Source of the DNA: Mustelus asterias
Lineage: Eukaryota
Direction: 5' to 3'
NCBI RefSeq assembly: GCF_964213995.1
Contig: NW_027590121.1
Coordinates: 1,736,001-1,800,000 of the forward strand
Length of the DNA stretch: 64,000 bases
Of the stretch, positions 61,470 to 64,000 are shown piece after piece. The notes beneath the pieces were generated by a model. It saw only the letters and a list, made by a program, of their open reading frames with translations, searched no databases and had not been told where the DNA came from. Numbering within the stretch: position 1 is the stretch's first letter; each line of letters starts with the position of its first letter. Both the position numbers and the translations under genes were made by a program.

Positions 61470-63135
61470 TGAACTCGACTGACGAAGGAAGGGCTGTGGA
61501 TGTTGTCTATATGGACTTTAGTAAAGCGTTTGACAAAGTCCCTCATGGTAGGCTAGTGAAAAAGGTTGGATCTCATGGGATAAAGGGGGAGGTGGCTAGA
61601 TGGGTGGAGAACTGGCTTGTCATAGAAGACAGAGGGTGGTAGTGGAAGGGTCTTTTTCCGGCTGGAGGCCTGTGACTCATGGTGTTCCGCAGGGCTCTGT
61701 ATTGGGACCTCTGCTGTTTGTGATTTATATAAATGATCTGGAAGAAGGAGTGACTGGGGTGATCAGTAAGTTTGCGGACGACACAAAACTGGCAGGACTT
61801 GCAGATAGTGAGGAACATTGTCAGAGGCTACAGAAGGATATAGATAGGCTGGAAATTTGGGCAAGGAAATGGCAGATGGAGTTCAATCCTGATAAATGCG
61901 AAGTGATGCATTTTGGTGGGAATAATGTAGGGAGGAGCTACACGATAAATGGAAGAACCATAAAGGGTGTAGAGACGCAGAGGGACCTGGGTGTGCAAGT
62001 CCACAGATCTTTGAAGGTGACGTCACAGGTGGAGAAGGTGGTGAAGAAGGCATATGGCATGCTTGCCTTTATAGGACGGGGCATAGAGTATAAAAGTTGG
62101 GGTCTGATGTTGCAGATGTATAGAACGTTGGTTCGGCCGCATTTGGAATACTGCGTCCAGTTCTGGTCGCCACACTACCAGAAGGACGTGGAGGCTTTGG
62201 AGAGAGTACAGAGGAGGTTTACCAGGATGTTGCCTGGTATGGAGGGGCTTAGTTATGAGGAGAGATTGGGGAAACGGGTTGTTCTCCTTGGAAAGACGGA
62301 GGATGAGGGGAGACTTAATAGAGGTGTATAAAATTATGAAAGGCATAGATAGGGTGAACGGTGGGAAGCTTTTCCCCGGGTCGGTGGTGACGTTCACGAG
62401 GGGTCATAGGTTCAAGGTGAAGGGGGGGAGGTTTAACACAGATATCAGAAGGGCATATTTTACACAGAGGGTCGTGGGAGCCTGGAATGTGTTGCCGGGC
62501 AAGGTGGTGGAGGCGGACACACTGGGAACGTTTAAGACTTATCTAGACAGCTATATGAACGGAGTGGGAATGGAGGGATACAAAAGAGTGGTCTAGTTTG
62601 GACCAGGGAGCGGCGCGGGCTAATTGTTCTTTGTTTCTCGTTTCAAGGCTTCATTCTATGATCATCTTGCTGGTGCCAGTACAGAGCGAGACTGCGGATA
62701 GTTGGGAACCTGTCTCGGGGGCAGGGAATTCATATGGTGTTCGTGGAAGTGGAAATTAATAGGGTTGGGAAGCATTTTCCGATCAGGGCCAGTGTGATCT
62801 CCTGGACTCGTTTCGATCGCCTCAGGGGGTCGGAGAGGAATTTCCCAGATTTTTTTTCCCCATATTGGCCCTGGGGTTTTCACTTTGGGTTTTCGCCTCT
62901 CCCTGGAGATCACATGGTCTGGAATGGGGGTGTGGGGGTGAGTTAATAGGTTGTGATGAACAAAGCATCGTAGCTGTGAGGGACAGCTCGGTGGATAGGA
63001 TATTGGTATGTAGATAGGCTGGAAAATTGGGCGGGGATCCTGGATTCAGGATTCAATCCTGGACCGGGGAGCGGCGCGGGCTTGGAGGGCCGAAGGGCCT
63101 GTTCCTGTGCTGTATTGTTCTTTGTTCTTTGTTCT
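61470..63135 (+). mobile_element. 5'-truncated, fairly young CR1 LINE with extended 3'UTR
   Basis: RT motifs GVPQGSVLGPLLF, KFADDTK and RPHLEYCVQFWSP, few disruptions, (TTCTTTG)n tail. Confidence 0.93.
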
Positions 63136-63344
63136 TGTTGTTGATTATCTTCAATTGATTGAGTGTAGCTATTAGCACACTCAGGATTGTTCAGCAAGTG
63201 CTGCCCAATCTGTAATCACAGTAAACATTGTATTTTTGGTTTTGTGAGTGTGGGCTGCTGAAAAGAAAATCACTACCTATTATGAACAAATCAAGGAACA
63301 TGCTGTTTTATTCTGTCAGCCATTTACTGGGCGAGCCGGCACTG

Positions 63345-64000
63345 TAATGTTCACCATTTTATATTCAAATCTGGGGGGGATAATGTTCACTGTTTTATAT
63401 TCGGGTCTGGGAGATAATGTTCACTGTTTTATATTCAGGTCTGGGGGATAATGTTCACTGTTTTATATTCGGGTCTGGGAGATAATGTTCACTATTTTAT
63501 ATTCGGGTCTGGGAGATAATGTTCACTGTTTTATATTGGGGTCTGGGGGATAATGTTCACTGTTTTATATTTGGGTCTGGGGGATAATGTTCACTGTTTT
63601 ATATTGGGGTCTGGGGGATAATGTTCACTGTTTTAGATTCGGGTCTGGGGGATAATGTTCACTGTTTTATATTCGGGTCTGGGGGGGATAATGTTCACTG
63701 TTTTATATTCGGGTCTGGGTAGATAATGTTCACTGTTTTATATTCGGGTCTGGGGGATAATGTTCACTGTTTTATATTCGGGTCTGGGGGATAATGTTCA
63801 CTGTTTTATATTCGGGTCTGGGGGATAATGTTCACTGTTTTATATTCGGGTCTGGGGGATAATGTTCACTGTTTTATATTCGGGTCTGGGGGGATAATGT
63901 TCACTGTTTTATATTCGGGTCTGGGGGATAATGTTCACTGTTTTATATTCGGGTCTGGGGGATAATGTTCACTGTTTCATATTCGGGTCTGGGGGATAAT
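63345..64000 (-). repeat. Second array of the 34-36 bp satellite in inverted orientation (runs off the window end)
   Basis: Exact reverse complement of the 9-13 kb unit. Confidence 0.97.

Overview
Eukaryotic, not prokaryotic, DNA. The HE1-type tRNA-derived SINEs, CR1 LINEs and Penelope-like elements point to a shark or other cartilaginous fish. The window is a C2H2 zinc-finger (ZNF) gene cluster with 8 single-coding-exon finger arrays and no recognisable KRAB domain; 3 look intact or nearly so and 5 are disrupted. It is built from nested inverted segmental duplications and filled with SINE, CR1, Rex1, L2, Gypsy, Tx1 and Penelope fragments, a 34-36 bp satellite (two arrays, opposite orientation) and CpG-rich promoter cassettes. 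The most unusual feature is a 3.3-kb insert (19835-23163) flanked by a 16-bp target-site-like duplication that contains the predicted exon-1 splice donor of a ZNF gene. It holds two tandem copies of an unrecognised A-tailed element carrying a structured module of four GAA/AGUA (loop E/sarcin-ricin-like) hairpins, then a tRNA-Gly-derived copy with a GTC anticodon, then a Tx1-like 3' tail. Tx1-like 3' ends abut the equivalent nucleotide at two other paralogous exon ends, suggesting retroelement targeting of this ZNF family's splice donor. All calls were made by eye; repeat boundaries are approximate.
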